64,000 bases of DNA from an uncultured Acidobacteriota bacterium (GTDB lineage Bacteria > Acidobacteriota > JAQAZP01), in contig CAWIIB010000009.1 of the NCBI GenBank assembly GCA_963836075.1, positions 1,184,001 to 1,248,000 of the forward strand, in the 5' to 3' direction. The stretch's first letter is position 1, and every line of letters begins with the position of its first letter. Below the pieces are notes generated by a model, which worked only from the letters and a program-made list of their open reading frames with translations, made no database searches and was not told where the DNA came from. Of this stretch, positions 18,909 to 29,138 are shown piece by piece. The translations under genes were made by a program, and so were the position numbers.

Positions 18909-19546
18909 TTCCCGCTGCCGTTCTCATTGAAATAGCGCTCCAGGATCGCCCTCAGCTGGAGCCGGGCCCGGTGCAGCTGCACCTTCACCGTGTTCTCCTG
19001 GATGCCGAGGATGCCGGCCGTTTCCGCCGCCGAGAGCCCTTCCATATCCCTGAAGATGAACACCGCCCGGTATTTGGGCGGGATCTCCAGCAGCGCTTTC
19101 TGGATCTGTCCCTGGGCCTCCTCGCTGAGCAGTGCCTTCTCCGGAGCCGAGGACCAGTCGATGATGTTCGGCCAGCCGTTGGTGTCGCAGGTGGGCAGGT
19201 AGGCGTCCAGCTCGAGATCCACCGTAACCTCGCGGCTCCGCTTCTTCTTCTGCATCAGGCAGATATTGGTGGCGATGCGGTAGAGCCAGGAGCTGAGCGC
19301 CGACTCGTCACGCAGGGTGCCCAGGGACTGGAACGCGGTGAGGAAGGTCTCCTGGGTCAGGTCGAGGGCATCCTCGTGCCGCCCGCACATCCGAAAGCCG
19401 AAGGCGTAGATCCGTCCTTCGTAGCGGTTCATCAGCGTGGTGAACGCCTCTTCGCTGCCGGCAAGGATCCGGGCGATCAGCCGACTGTCCTCCTGGACAC
19501 CGGTCTTTTCAATATCAACAGGTGTCCCTGGGTTCTCTTGTGTCAT
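18905..19546 (-). CDS. ECF RNA polymerase sigma factor
   Basis: Region 2 DALDLTQETF...SWLYRIATN and region 4 EGLSAAETAGILG...VKVQLHRAR. Confidence 0.95.
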   Translation of the reverse strand: MTQENPGTPVDIEKTGVQEDSRLIARILAGSEEAFTTLMNRYEGRIYAFGFRMCGRHEDALDLTQETFLTAFQSLGTLRDESALSSWLYRIATNICLMQKKKRSREVTVDLELDAYLPTCDTNGWPNIIDWSSAPEKALLSEEAQGQIQKALLEIPPKYRAVFIFRDMEGLSAAETAGILGIQENTVKVQLHRARLQLRAILERYFNENGSGK

Positions 19547-19734
19547 TACCGCTACTCAGGTTGTCCCGAGAATTGTGTCTCGCCAATGAAGCGTGAAGGA
19601 GACTATCCCCTTGAATCCTTAATGGTAATGTACCGGATCTCCGCCGTCAACGAAGGAAATCAATGGTTTACGGCAGACAAACCCCGGAGTCCTTTGGGTT
19701 CCCTTCCAGGATAATTAACTTTCCTAAGGTTTTC

Positions 19735-19763
19735 TGTAACTTTTGGGCTCTGAAATGATCTAA
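19735..19763 (+). promoter_or_regulatory. ECF-type promoter
   Basis: TGTAAC-N18-TCTAA upstream of 19907, divergent from the ECF gene. Confidence 0.5.
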
Positions 19764-19906
19764 TATTCTAGTTGGGCATGATCCTCTGACCCGGCTGAAG
19801 TTCAAACGACATTATTAATTAAAGTTTTTCAAAGCTACTGGAAGCTTTGGTTCCTTAACCGACGGATTAAGCAGTTCCGCAACACCCCCCCAAAGGAGAA
19901 TGGGAA

Positions 19907-21115
19907 ATGAAGAAGCTGACGATGACCCTGCTGACCGTGGCCCTGGCACTGATCGTGACCACCGCCTGGGCCCTGCCCACCGTCAACCAGGCCGCCGACG
20001 ACCTCGACCCGCGGAAGAATTTCGGCACCTGCGGCTTCACCAGCACGGAAGAGAGCTGGGAGCCCGACGCCAGCGGCACCCTGATGAAGCGGGTGACCTA
20101 CGTGTCCGAGTGTGACATGCCGGCGGCCGGCGACGAGACCATCACCATCACCACCGAGGAGTGGGATGGTGTGAGTCTGGTGACCACCGAAGTGCGCGAG
20201 GCCGTGCGCACCCTGGTTGGCGGTGTCTACTTCACCACCACCATGATCTACGACGGCAGCATGACCCTCACCGGCAAGGAAGACCACACCTACGACTACC
20301 AGGTCAGCGACCCGAGCATCTGGGCCCAGGACTGGACCTACTACAACTGGAACGGCGCCGGCTTCGACCTCGTCGGTTACACCACCAAGACGGTGGAGTG
20401 GCTCGGCGGCGAGGACATGGAAGTCACCTACATTTACTACGACACCACATTCCGTCTGGATCCCGTGATCCCCGACGACGTGCCGGTGCTCGGCAGCTCC
20501 ACTTCCAGCTCGATGCTGCCCCCGTTGGGCAAGGGCGTCGACCACATCGCCTACGAGAGCCTGGGCCGGATGTACGACCGCGTGCGCAACGCGATCATCG
20601 TCAATCCCAACACCCAGCGTGAAGGGGTCAAGATGCTGCGCTCTTCCAGCCAGCCCTTCTCCCACGGCCTCGTGCCCCCTCCGGGCGTCTACGTGGCCGG
20701 CGTGCTCAAGGGCGACCGGCTGGATGACGCCCCCGGTGTGGACGGCTTCAACGGCTTCTGGACCCGCTGGGTCCGCTTCTCCAACGACGTGGGCGGCAAC
20801 CTCACCGCGCTCTTCGGCTGGACCTCCGACCGTGACCTCAACGAGCCCACCGGCGACTGGTGGCAGGCCCGGGTGCGGCAGGACGCCGACGGCACCCTGC
20901 AGTTCATCGAGAACGCCCACCGCTCCGGCGAAGCCGAAGAGGACCACTACGACACCTATACGCTGCTCAACAGCATGTATATGATCGAATCGCAGACCGT
21001 GAAGATCTTCGACTACCATGAACTGGTTCCCGGAGACTTCTCCCAGACCACGACGGTGACCGACGGCATGGCCGCGCCGGTCTCCTTCGACCACTGGACG
21101 GTCTACTTCGACTGA
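19907..21115 (+). CDS. Secreted hypothetical protein (402 aa, acidic, Thr/Tyr-rich beta strands)
   Basis: AAGGAG upstream, signal peptide (AWA-L), strongly GC3-biased codons. Confidence 0.85.
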   Translation: MKKLTMTLLTVALALIVTTAWALPTVNQAADDLDPRKNFGTCGFTSTEESWEPDASGTLMKRVTYVSECDMPAAGDETITITTEEWDGVSLVTTEVREAVRTLVGGVYFTTTMIYDGSMTLTGKEDHTYDYQVSDPSIWAQDWTYYNWNGAGFDLVGYTTKTVEWLGGEDMEVTYIYYDTTFRLDPVIPDDVPVLGSSTSSSMLPPLGKGVDHIAYESLGRMYDRVRNAIIVNPNTQREGVKMLRSSSQPFSHGLVPPPGVYVAGVLKGDRLDDAPGVDGFNGFWTRWVRFSNDVGGNLTALFGWTSDRDLNEPTGDWWQARVRQDADGTLQFIENAHRSGEAEEDHYDTYTLLNSMYMIESQTVKIFDYHELVPGDFSQTTTVTDGMAAPVSFDHWTVYFD

Positions 21116-21140
21116 TCAGCAGTTCAGTAGATGACACCAG

Positions 21141-21182
21141 AACCGGGGGGTGCGGTAAGCTCTAATCCCCCCGGTTTTTTTT
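21141..21182 (+). terminator. Intrinsic terminator
   Basis: AACCGGGGGG...CCCCCCGGTT followed by a long T run. Confidence 0.85.
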
Positions 21183-21298
21183 CTCCGGTACCTCCGCCCG
21201 GTCCACCCAGGCGCCGGATTCCGCTCCGGCACAAGATCGGATAAACTGAGCGTAGTTGTCAGGTTCCCTTGTCGAGCATGGTCATGCGCGGAGGTGCA

Positions 21299-21625
21299 GT
21301 GAAGATGAGAAAGCGGATCGTCCTGCCTGTGTGCACCGCCCTGGTGCTGCTCGCCGTCGCCTGCGGGGCCAATATCAGTAGTTACGATCCTGACTCGGAC
21401 AGCGGTGCCATCATCTACCACGAGGCCTGCGCCCGCTGTCACGACGAGGCCTGGGACGCGCCGCTGCTGCTCCGCGGCGAGGTGCGGAATCTCTCCCGCG
21501 AGAAAATCGAGGACGCGCTGGCCAACGGCCGGGACGGGATGCCCAGCTACCCGCTGATCGAGGGGGAATACCTCGACGGGCTGGTGGAGTTCGTCCTGGG
21601 CCGCAATCAGGAGAGCGGACCCTGA
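21299..21625 (+). CDS. Monoheme cytochrome c lipoprotein
   Basis: Lipobox LAVAC, heme motif CARCH, distal GMP. Confidence 0.85.
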   Translation: MKMRKRIVLPVCTALVLLAVACGANISSYDPDSDSGAIIYHEACARCHDEAWDAPLLLRGEVRNLSREKIEDALANGRDGMPSYPLIEGEYLDGLVEFVLGRNQESGP

Positions 21626-21782
21626 GCCGGCGGCGGACCCAATCATCCCTGCTCATGAGACGACTTGCACCCAGTTGCCGCAGAGGCCGGACAGTGATGC
21701 CTGCACGGTGGAGGGGATCGCACGCTGAGCCACAGGTGACGCGAGAAGCGGACAGGACACTGCTCGGCGTGCGGGTTTTCGG

Positions 21783-21992
21783 CTAGTTCGAACCCTCCGC
21801 GATCTCCTTGATGTCGGCCTGGTACGACGTGGCGAGGTTCTCGAACATCGAGATCACACGCTTGAGCAGCTCGTCCTTCTCCGCGGCGTCCGGCTCCCTG
21901 TTGTTGACGATGCAGAAGCAGGTCTTGTTGCCGTAGTAGGACGTGAGAAGGTTGGCAACGATGTTCATGATGACAAGGCGGTTCTCGTCCAT
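21783..21992 (-). CDS. Small hypothetical protein (69 aa)
   Basis: AAGGAGG RBS, GC3-biased codons, overlaps the 3' end of the upstream gene. Confidence 0.7.
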   Translation of the reverse strand: MDENRLVIMNIVANLLTSYYGNKTCFCIVNNREPDAAEKDELLKRVISMFENLATSYQADIKEIAEGSN

Positions 21993-22486
21993 TTTCTTTC
22001 CTCCTTTTCGGTTTCCAGGTGCACCAGCGAGATCTGGCTGATCACGTCCTGGAGCTTCGTCATCACCTTCATGTACCGTCCGAAATAGACCAGGGCCACC
22101 TGGTTGATGATGTGGTAGCCCGCCGGGGTATTGTTCCGGAGAAGTTCGCGCAGCGGCCGGGCTTCCAGGGCCAAAACAGTGGAATCCTCCACGGCCACCG
22201 CTGTTGCCGTGTAGCGCTCCGAACCGAGCAGGGAAGCGACGCCGAACAGCTCCCCTTTTTCGACTTTGGCGATGATGAAGCTGAACTCCGGAGGCCGGGC
22301 GGGAAGCCGGAGATCGATTGCGCCGTCCAGGTTTAAAAATACATGCGACACTGCCTTCTGCCGCGTGTAGATGGTTTCGTTCTTCCTGAACCTCTTCTCG
22401 GCTGAAAACTCGCTGATCCGGCTCACCTCGTCCACAGTGAGCAATTTAAAGAGGTTGTGACCCTTCAAGACACTTCTGATTTCCAT
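21965..22486 (-). CDS. Stand-alone cyclic-nucleotide-binding-fold protein (no HTH)
   Basis: LFKLL..F...E.I...GELFG..LL...TATAVA pattern. GAGGAG RBS. Confidence 0.85.
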   Translation of the reverse strand: MEIRSVLKGHNLFKLLTVDEVSRISEFSAEKRFRKNETIYTRQKAVSHVFLNLDGAIDLRLPARPPEFSFIIAKVEKGELFGVASLLGSERYTATAVAVEDSTVLALEARPLRELLRNNTPAGYHIINQVALVYFGRYMKVMTKLQDVISQISLVHLETEKEERKWTRTALSS

Positions 22487-22718
22487 GGCCGCACTCCTCC
22501 CCTCGGTTGTAGAATGAGATTATGAAATTGGATGGGATTGTTACTCTATGATAATTAGTGTTTTCCTCGCGAAAGGTCAATGATTTTCGGGGATTATTCC
22601 CCATTCACCTCCTCCACCGGCTGAACAGAGACCCCCTCCCGGTTGTTATACTTGTTGTAAGCGCCATTATCTGTATCCCGGCGGCGGCCCGGGCCGCCAT
22701 GTTTGGAGGAATGGAGAG

Positions 22719-23945
22719 ATGTTCAAACCGACGGCCCTGGCTCTTGTTTTCACTGTGCTGGCGGCCGCGCCGGCCGTCCAGGCAATGCCCGTAGTGGAGG
22801 AACCCGCACCGGGGGTCGACTACCGGGAGATGACGGTGATCGGCAATACCCGCTTTGCCCTCGACCTCTATGTCCAGCTGAGCAGGAAGGAAGGGAACCT
22901 CTTCTTCTCGCCGTACAGCATCTCCACCGCCCTGGCCATGAGCTGGAGCGGCGCGCGGAACAACACCGAGAAAGAGATGGCCGACACGCTCCACTTTCCC
23001 ATGGGGCAGGCCAAGGTTCACCAGACCTTTGCCGGTCTCGAGAAAGGTCTGGCCGAGATTCTCGCCAGGGGCGACGTTTCGCTGACCACCGCCAACTCCA
23101 TCTGGCCCCAGGCCGGGCTCCCGCTGCTGGACGGATATGTCCAGTGCCTGAGCGAGAACTACGGGGTTGCGGCGACCCCTCTCGATTACGTCAGGGAAAC
23201 CGAGGCGGCCCGCCAAACCATCAACCGTTGGGTGGAGGAGAAGACCAGGGAGAAGATCAGGGAGCTGATCCGGCCCGGCGACCTCGATCCGTCCACGGTG
23301 ATGGTGCTGGTCAACGCCATCCACTTCAAGGGGGACTGGGCCAGCAAGTTCAAGGAGAAGAGCACCAGGCCGGCCGACTTCACCCTCCCCGACGGAACGG
23401 TGAAGCAGGTGGCCACCATGTTCCAGACCGGGAGCTTCGACGTTGGGGGCGACAAGGAGGTGGAGCTGCTGGAACTGCCGTACCAGGGCGGCGACCTGTC
23501 GATGCTGATCCTCCTGCCCCGGGACAGACAGGGTCTGCCCGCGCTGGAAAACGGCCTGACCCCCGAACGCCTGGTCACCCTGCTGGGGAGTCTGCACGAA
23601 ATGAAAGTGAGCGTCTGGCTGCCGAAGTTCAAGTTTACCTGGGGCACCACCGACCTGGTGGGGCCGCTGCAGGCGCTGGGGATGAAGGAGGCCTTCACCA
23701 GAAGTGCGGACTTCTCGGGGATGGACGGCAGCAAGGGCTACTTCATCAGCCTCGTGCTGCACAAGGCGTTCATCGAGGTCAACGAGCAGGGCAGCGAAGC
23801 GGCGGCGGCCACGGCGGTGGTCCACAAGCGGAGCATGCCGCCAAGGTTCCAGGTCAACCACCCCTTCCTCTTCCTGATCCGTGACAACGTCTCGGGCAGC
23901 ATCCTCTTTCTCGGCCGGGTGGCCGATCCGGCTGCCGCCGAATAG
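22719..23945 (+). CDS. Secreted serpin
   Basis: NLFFSPYSI, INRWVEEKT, LVNAIHFKGDW, hinge EQGSEAAAAT and signature NHPFLFLI. Confidence 0.95.
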   Translation: MFKPTALALVFTVLAAAPAVQAMPVVEEPAPGVDYREMTVIGNTRFALDLYVQLSRKEGNLFFSPYSISTALAMSWSGARNNTEKEMADTLHFPMGQAKVHQTFAGLEKGLAEILARGDVSLTTANSIWPQAGLPLLDGYVQCLSENYGVAATPLDYVRETEAARQTINRWVEEKTREKIRELIRPGDLDPSTVMVLVNAIHFKGDWASKFKEKSTRPADFTLPDGTVKQVATMFQTGSFDVGGDKEVELLELPYQGGDLSMLILLPRDRQGLPALENGLTPERLVTLLGSLHEMKVSVWLPKFKFTWGTTDLVGPLQALGMKEAFTRSADFSGMDGSKGYFISLVLHKAFIEVNEQGSEAAAATAVVHKRSMPPRFQVNHPFLFLIRDNVSGSILFLGRVADPAAAE

Positions 23946-24088
23946 CAGATACCTGATCCCCAGGACGGTGGGGCGGGCTGCTCATTATTCAGGATTTCCC
24001 GGGTGGAACAGCCCAGTTGCGGCATGTTACACTTCCGGAAGTCAGAAAAAAGCGTTTTCACCGTACGTATCCTGGTAATAATATACAT

Positions 24089-24910
24089 ATGGCCGGCGAT
24101 ACCGCAGACCGGGCGGACCACCGGGAGTTGACCATCGAGCAACTCTGGGACGGGGTTTCGGCCGAACTGCGCGAGAAAAAGCGGAGCAAGCCGTACTTCG
24201 AGGAAATCTGCCACCGGGCATTCATCCTCTGGAACAAGCGGGCTTTCGGCCTGGTCTACTCCCTGCTCCACCAGCCCGGCGGCCGCTCGCTGATTTCCCG
24301 GATGCTCTGCCGCAAGGACCCGTTGCTCTCCCGCGACCCCATGCGTCTGGACCTGCTGGCCCAGGAGGTGCTGGTGGGGCTCTGCCGCACCTTCAAGAAG
24401 AAAAATTTCAGCTACCAGGGGCTGCCCCAGCTGTACGGTTACCTTGACGGCATCTGTACCCGGGTGGTCTATGCCCGCAGCGGCCTGCGCGAGAAACGGC
24501 AGAAGGTGATCAAGTCGATCAAGAAGAATCTGCCCCTGGACGAGGACGAGCTGGAGGCGGTGCTGCCCCTCTTCCCCGAAGGCGGCACCGGGGAGGAGGG
24601 CGAGGATCCGGAGGAAGCGGATTTCGAACGGCTGATCCTGCTCAGCACCCTCCGGGGCAGCAAGTTGGGCCTGATCACCGAGGAGCCGCTGATCCGGAAA
24701 AAGTTCGACGAGTCGTCCACCGGCTACATCAACCAGTTCCTCTACAACCGGCAGCAGACCGTGCTCTGGCATTTCTATGTCCGGGTGTCGGGGGAGGCCC
24801 GGGACCCGGAAAAAGGAGCTTTGCGGAAGATTATCGAGCGTCTGGTGCCGGCCTCGCTGCGCGGCTGGCGCTGGCGGGACGTGTCCATCGAACAGACCAG
24901 GCAGATTTAA
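24089..24910 (+). CDS. Divergent sigma-70/ECF-like protein (region-2-like segment); possibly continues past 24910 through a frameshift
   Basis: DLLAQEVLVGLCR..F.YQG..QLYGYLDGICTRVV resembles ECF region 2. It lies directly upstream of an anti-sigma-like membrane protein. Confidence 0.5.
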   Translation: MAGDTADRADHRELTIEQLWDGVSAELREKKRSKPYFEEICHRAFILWNKRAFGLVYSLLHQPGGRSLISRMLCRKDPLLSRDPMRLDLLAQEVLVGLCRTFKKKNFSYQGLPQLYGYLDGICTRVVYARSGLREKRQKVIKSIKKNLPLDEDELEAVLPLFPEGGTGEEGEDPEEADFERLILLSTLRGSKLGLITEEPLIRKKFDESSTGYINQFLYNRQQTVLWHFYVRVSGEARDPEKGALRKIIERLVPASLRGWRWRDVSIEQTRQI

Positions 24911-25131
24911 CGGTGATCCGGTTTTCATGGACAATGTCATCTCGTGAACAGGGTGGTCCAGGGGGTGTGACGCTGGATAGAGCGGGTTAGAGACCCGCAG
25001 GTGGGCCGCCCCGCCGTTGACGAGACATGCCGGCACCTGGAGGCAATTGACCAGAAGCCGGAGGCCGACAGGGCGGGGTGGCTCGCCGGTAAAGCCGGGC
25101 GGAACCCGGCCGGCTGTAAGGAGTGGGAACT

Positions 25132-25692
25132 ATGAAGCAGCAACGGATCAGCGAGGACGAAGTTGGCGCCATGCTCGAGGAAGCATTCGAGGGTGAGCCC
25201 TTTGTGCGGATCGAGCCGCCGCCCCGTTTCAACCTCTTTTTTCGAGACGGCGCGGAGCCGGAGTCGTTTTTCGACAAGCTGAAACGCTTTCTGGTTCTCC
25301 CCTCCGCCCCGCGACGCCTGGTGTTCAGCGGAGCCGTGGTGGCCCTGCTGTTGGTCGTGCTGATCCCCCTGATGCCTGGCGAGGGGCAGCTGACTTATCG
25401 TGACGCCGGTCCGGCCGAAGCCACGGAGCTTCCCCGGGGCCGTCTGGCCGCTGCTCCCGGCGCACTCCACTGGCCGGCTGCGGAGGGCGCGGTTTCATAC
25501 CGGGTGGAATTGGCCGACCCGGAGGGCCTCCTGCTCTGGATGGACAAAACCGGCACCAACAGCATCGATCTGCCCGCCGGTCTCCTCTCGGACCGCCCCG
25601 TTGGCAGTGAATACCGTGTCCAGGTCACCGGGTACGGCCCGGACGGCGCGGAAGCCAGCCGGCAGACCTCCCGCTTCCTCGTTCTGCCGTAG
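25132..25692 (+). CDS. Bitopic membrane protein, anti-sigma-like, with small extracytoplasmic Ig/FnIII-like domain
   Basis: AAGGAG RBS, single TM (LVFSGAVVALLLVVLIPL), C-terminal LHWPAAEGAVSYRVEL. Confidence 0.65.
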   Translation: MKQQRISEDEVGAMLEEAFEGEPFVRIEPPPRFNLFFRDGAEPESFFDKLKRFLVLPSAPRRLVFSGAVVALLLVVLIPLMPGEGQLTYRDAGPAEATELPRGRLAAAPGALHWPAAEGAVSYRVELADPEGLLLWMDKTGTNSIDLPAGLLSDRPVGSEYRVQVTGYGPDGAEASRQTSRFLVLP

Positions 25693-25797
25693 AGCAGGAT
25701 ACCCCCAGTCATCGCGAGCCGCTGACCCGTGACGAATATGAATGGTGCCAGGCACCATTCATATTCACTGCCTCTTGTCATTACGGTTCCTTCGGCC

Positions 25798-26796
25798 TCA
25801 AAACCGCCCGGCGGTAACATTGACACCGTGTCCGAGATTCGAAAACGCAGTCAGTGAGAAGGAAAGGCTCATGGTCGAGTCGTCATAGGTAAACACCTTG
25901 ACGGTGGCGTCCGCACCAGGATCCGGCCCGCTGCCGGCCAGCAATTCGTCGCGACCGTCACCATCCATGTCAGTTCCGGATGAGACATTGACACCGTAGC
26001 GAACACCGTCGGGCGGCCAGGCAAAGAAACTGCTGCCGGGCAATGACACAATCGATGTGCCATCGTAGTCCCAGCACCGGACATGGGCGCCGAAAACCGC
26101 ACCGGGGCCGGCGCCGGTCACGATTTCATCGATTCCGTCGCCATCCAGATCGCCGCAGGAGACATTCACCCCGTATTTGTTCGTCCCGTACGCCAGGAAG
26201 CTGACCTGGGGGATGGCTGCAGCACCTCCACCATCCACGTTCCATCCCCTCACATGCGGCCCGTAAACTGCACCGGGACCGGGGCCGGAAACGATCTCCT
26301 CGAAACCATCGCCATCGATATCACCAGCAGCAACGTTGACACCCCATTTGGGCGTTCCATAGGCAAGATAACTGACACCAGGCACAGGTGAAACACCGGG
26401 AGTGCCGTCGTAGTCGAATGCCCGAACGTGAGGGCCGAACACTTCCCCCGGACCGGCACCAGTGATAATTTCTTCATACCCGTCGCCATCGATATCGCCA
26501 GCCGCCACATTGACACCGAAGCGAAGGGTGCCATACGCGATAAAACTCAAACCGGGCAGCGGAGCACCGTCGATCTCGAACCCGCGGACGTGCGGCCCGT
26601 AGATCTCTCCCGGCCCGGCCCCGGTGATAATCTCGTCGGCAGGATCCTGATCAAGATTCCCGCAGCAGACGTTTACACCGTAGTGGGGTGCGCCGTAGGC
26701 ACTGAACTCGAACCCGTATGGAGCATCCTGGGCCGCCGGGTAGACACGCACCAGAGGTGAGTTTTTATGGGATGGCCCAGGCCCGACGATCACCTT
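25798..26796 (-). repeat. C-terminal module B, copy 1 (coding)
   Basis: Five GVNVxxGDxDGDGxxEIxxGxGP repeats plus a split sixth unit. Confidence 0.85.
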
Positions 26797-28981
26797 GCCG
26801 GCATGCAGGGTCAACAGTTCATCGAAGATCGAGATAAAGCCGTCATGCGAACCGGCGGACGATTCGGCATAGGCGCCCGAAGTCGTTGGGAATGAATAGG
26901 TGTGAGTTTCTCCGCAAACGATGATCTTGTCACCTTCGATGAAATCAACATCGAAACATGCCTCGGAAGTGTCGAACCCCACGTCGGTCTCACCGCCCAG
27001 GATCATCGCCGCTGTTAGCCTTTCGAAGTCGCGATCCAGCCGAACAATGTAGCAGTCCTTCTTTTCAAAATTCACGCTGCCGTAAACACCTGGCGTGATC
27101 GGGATCGATTCCGAATCAGTCCGCCCAACCGCGACGATATATCCCGCCTCGTCCAGGGCGGCTGCATAGCAATTATCGGTCTCCTCTCCGCCCACGAAGG
27201 TTGAGGCAATCAGTTCATCGAGTTGGGCGGACATCCGGCAGATGGCGAAATCGGCCTGCCCGCTCCACTCCCTGTCATAGACACCCGGTGTCGTCGGAAA
27301 ATCACTGGATCGCGCCGATCCGACAATGACGATGGTGCCGTCCTGATCGAGGATGATCCCACCGCACAGGTCATCCTTTGTCCCGCCCAGGAAGGTCGAC
27401 CGGTTCAAGGTGGTCAAATCCCGGTCGAAATTGGAGATGAACATGTCATGCCAAACGCTGCCGTCATAGTTGAAGGTCTCATCATAGGCGCCTGGTGTTG
27501 TTGGGAAATCACTGGATGCAGTATTGCCGGCAAGATAGACACCATCATTCACGGCAAGTATCTGAGAATTATAGGCTTCATACAGATGTCCACCAAATAA
27601 GGTGGACGCTTCCAGAGTTGTCAGTTCTTGATCAAACCTTGAAATGAAGAAATCATATGAACCATTCGGCGTCCTGTCATAGGCACCATCCGTCGTCGGG
27701 AATGTGGTCGTGGTGCCCCAGGTCCTGCCGGAAACGAACACATCTCCCTCGACATCCAGATCGAGTGAAGCACACGAATCCCAGTTGATCCCGCCTAGAA
27801 AAGTCGATACCTCAAGCTCATTCAGCGCACCGTTCATCCGGAATATTGCGCCATCGATATCACCATTGAACGAACGGTCATAGGCGCCATCCGTTGTTGG
27901 AAAATCTGCAGAATAGCTGCCTGCGCATACGAGCAGATCTCCGTCTAAATTCATTTCCATTGCGGAATGACCTTCCAAATAGTCATCATCGCTCCCACCA
28001 ACATAAGTGGACGAGATGAGGGTTGTCAGCTGCGAGTCAAAGTGGGAAATAAATATGTCTGTATCCCCACCGCCATATGCTGTTTGAAAACAACCCGCAA
28101 TTGTTGGAAAATCATCCGACCAGGTAGTTCCTGCAACGTAAATTCCGTCCTCAGTGGCCAGAATCACTTTACAGGCATCACCATGCCATCCACCTAAATA
28201 TGTCGATGCCAATAATGGATCAATGAGCAGAGAGTGCTCATGAGAGTAGGTTCCAACTCGAAAGCCTGTACGAATGATCGTTTATTTCGTAAAACACTGG
28301 AACATCTATCCGCGCCCCGTCGATCTGCTGAAAGGCGACCGGCTTGGTGAATCTCAGGGCTTCCTCCCCGATTTGACAGACGAGTTCTCCATTTTGATCA
28401 ACAGAGAGTTTGTCCACACCTTCGAGTTCAATTTTTATCACGGAAGGGTCTGCATGCGGCCTGATCGTGAACACTTTCTCAAAGCCGGCCTCGGTCATTT
28501 TCAGTGACAGACAAACCCCGGCGCAAATCTCGCCCAGGTCAAGTGCGGAATACACGGGAATCCCTGTCCGCCATTTCCCAGGATCGTCACCTTTGAATAC
28601 ATTTACGACCGCGTCCAGCTCTTGCACGCCCTCGATCGTCAGATGATTGGCATTGCCCAATGGCACTTTCAGATTAATTTTTCGACCTGGCAACTCCTTG
28701 TTAATCATCATGAGCGAATATACAACGTCGTTTCCGGTTACAACGACTGAATAATTCCCTGATCGAGCATAGTATTTTATGTTCTTACCCACTTGGCCCC
28801 GGTTTTCCACGAACCCAAAAGGCAAACAGTACGGTTTGTTCAGGCCATTCATTTGTGATGGATTTGCATCCAGAGAAACAGCCGCGTCGAGCCAATAAAC
28901 ATTGAAAAGGCCGCACAGAATACAAAGAGTGCACGCGGCCCAGAATATTTCACTGCACCGAGGGATTAGCTTCATGATCAT
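25798..28981 (-). CDS. Secreted SBBP beta-propeller repeat protein with C-terminal module B; frameshift near 28240-28260
   Basis: N-terminal FVENRGQ...GDDPGKWRT, then LIDPLLASTYLGG and repeated S.DFPTT.GAYD units. C-terminal FG-GAP-type repeats ending GVNVTAGRF*. Confidence 0.85.
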
Positions 28982-29075
28982 TCACCTGAAAATGACGAGT
29001 GCATTTCGGCAGGGCGTGATTTCTGACCATCTCTGGTCCAAAATCGAATATCCTGGCTAACGGCGAAACTGTCGA

Positions 29076-29097
29076 GGGAGGGCGTCAACGCCCTCCC
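29076..29097 (-). terminator. Hairpin downstream of the FG-GAP gene
   Basis: GGGAGGGCG-TCAA-CGCCCTCCC. Confidence 0.5.
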
Positions 29098-29138
29098 CCT
29101 ACTTTGTATAACAAGGCCTACGTGTTCTGACTTTGACA

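Noticed and set aside
15915-22486. CyaB and the cNMP-fold protein as a cyclase-receptor pair
   Set aside because: They are about 5.5 kb apart on opposite strands with unrelated genes between, and the receptor's binding cassette is degenerate.
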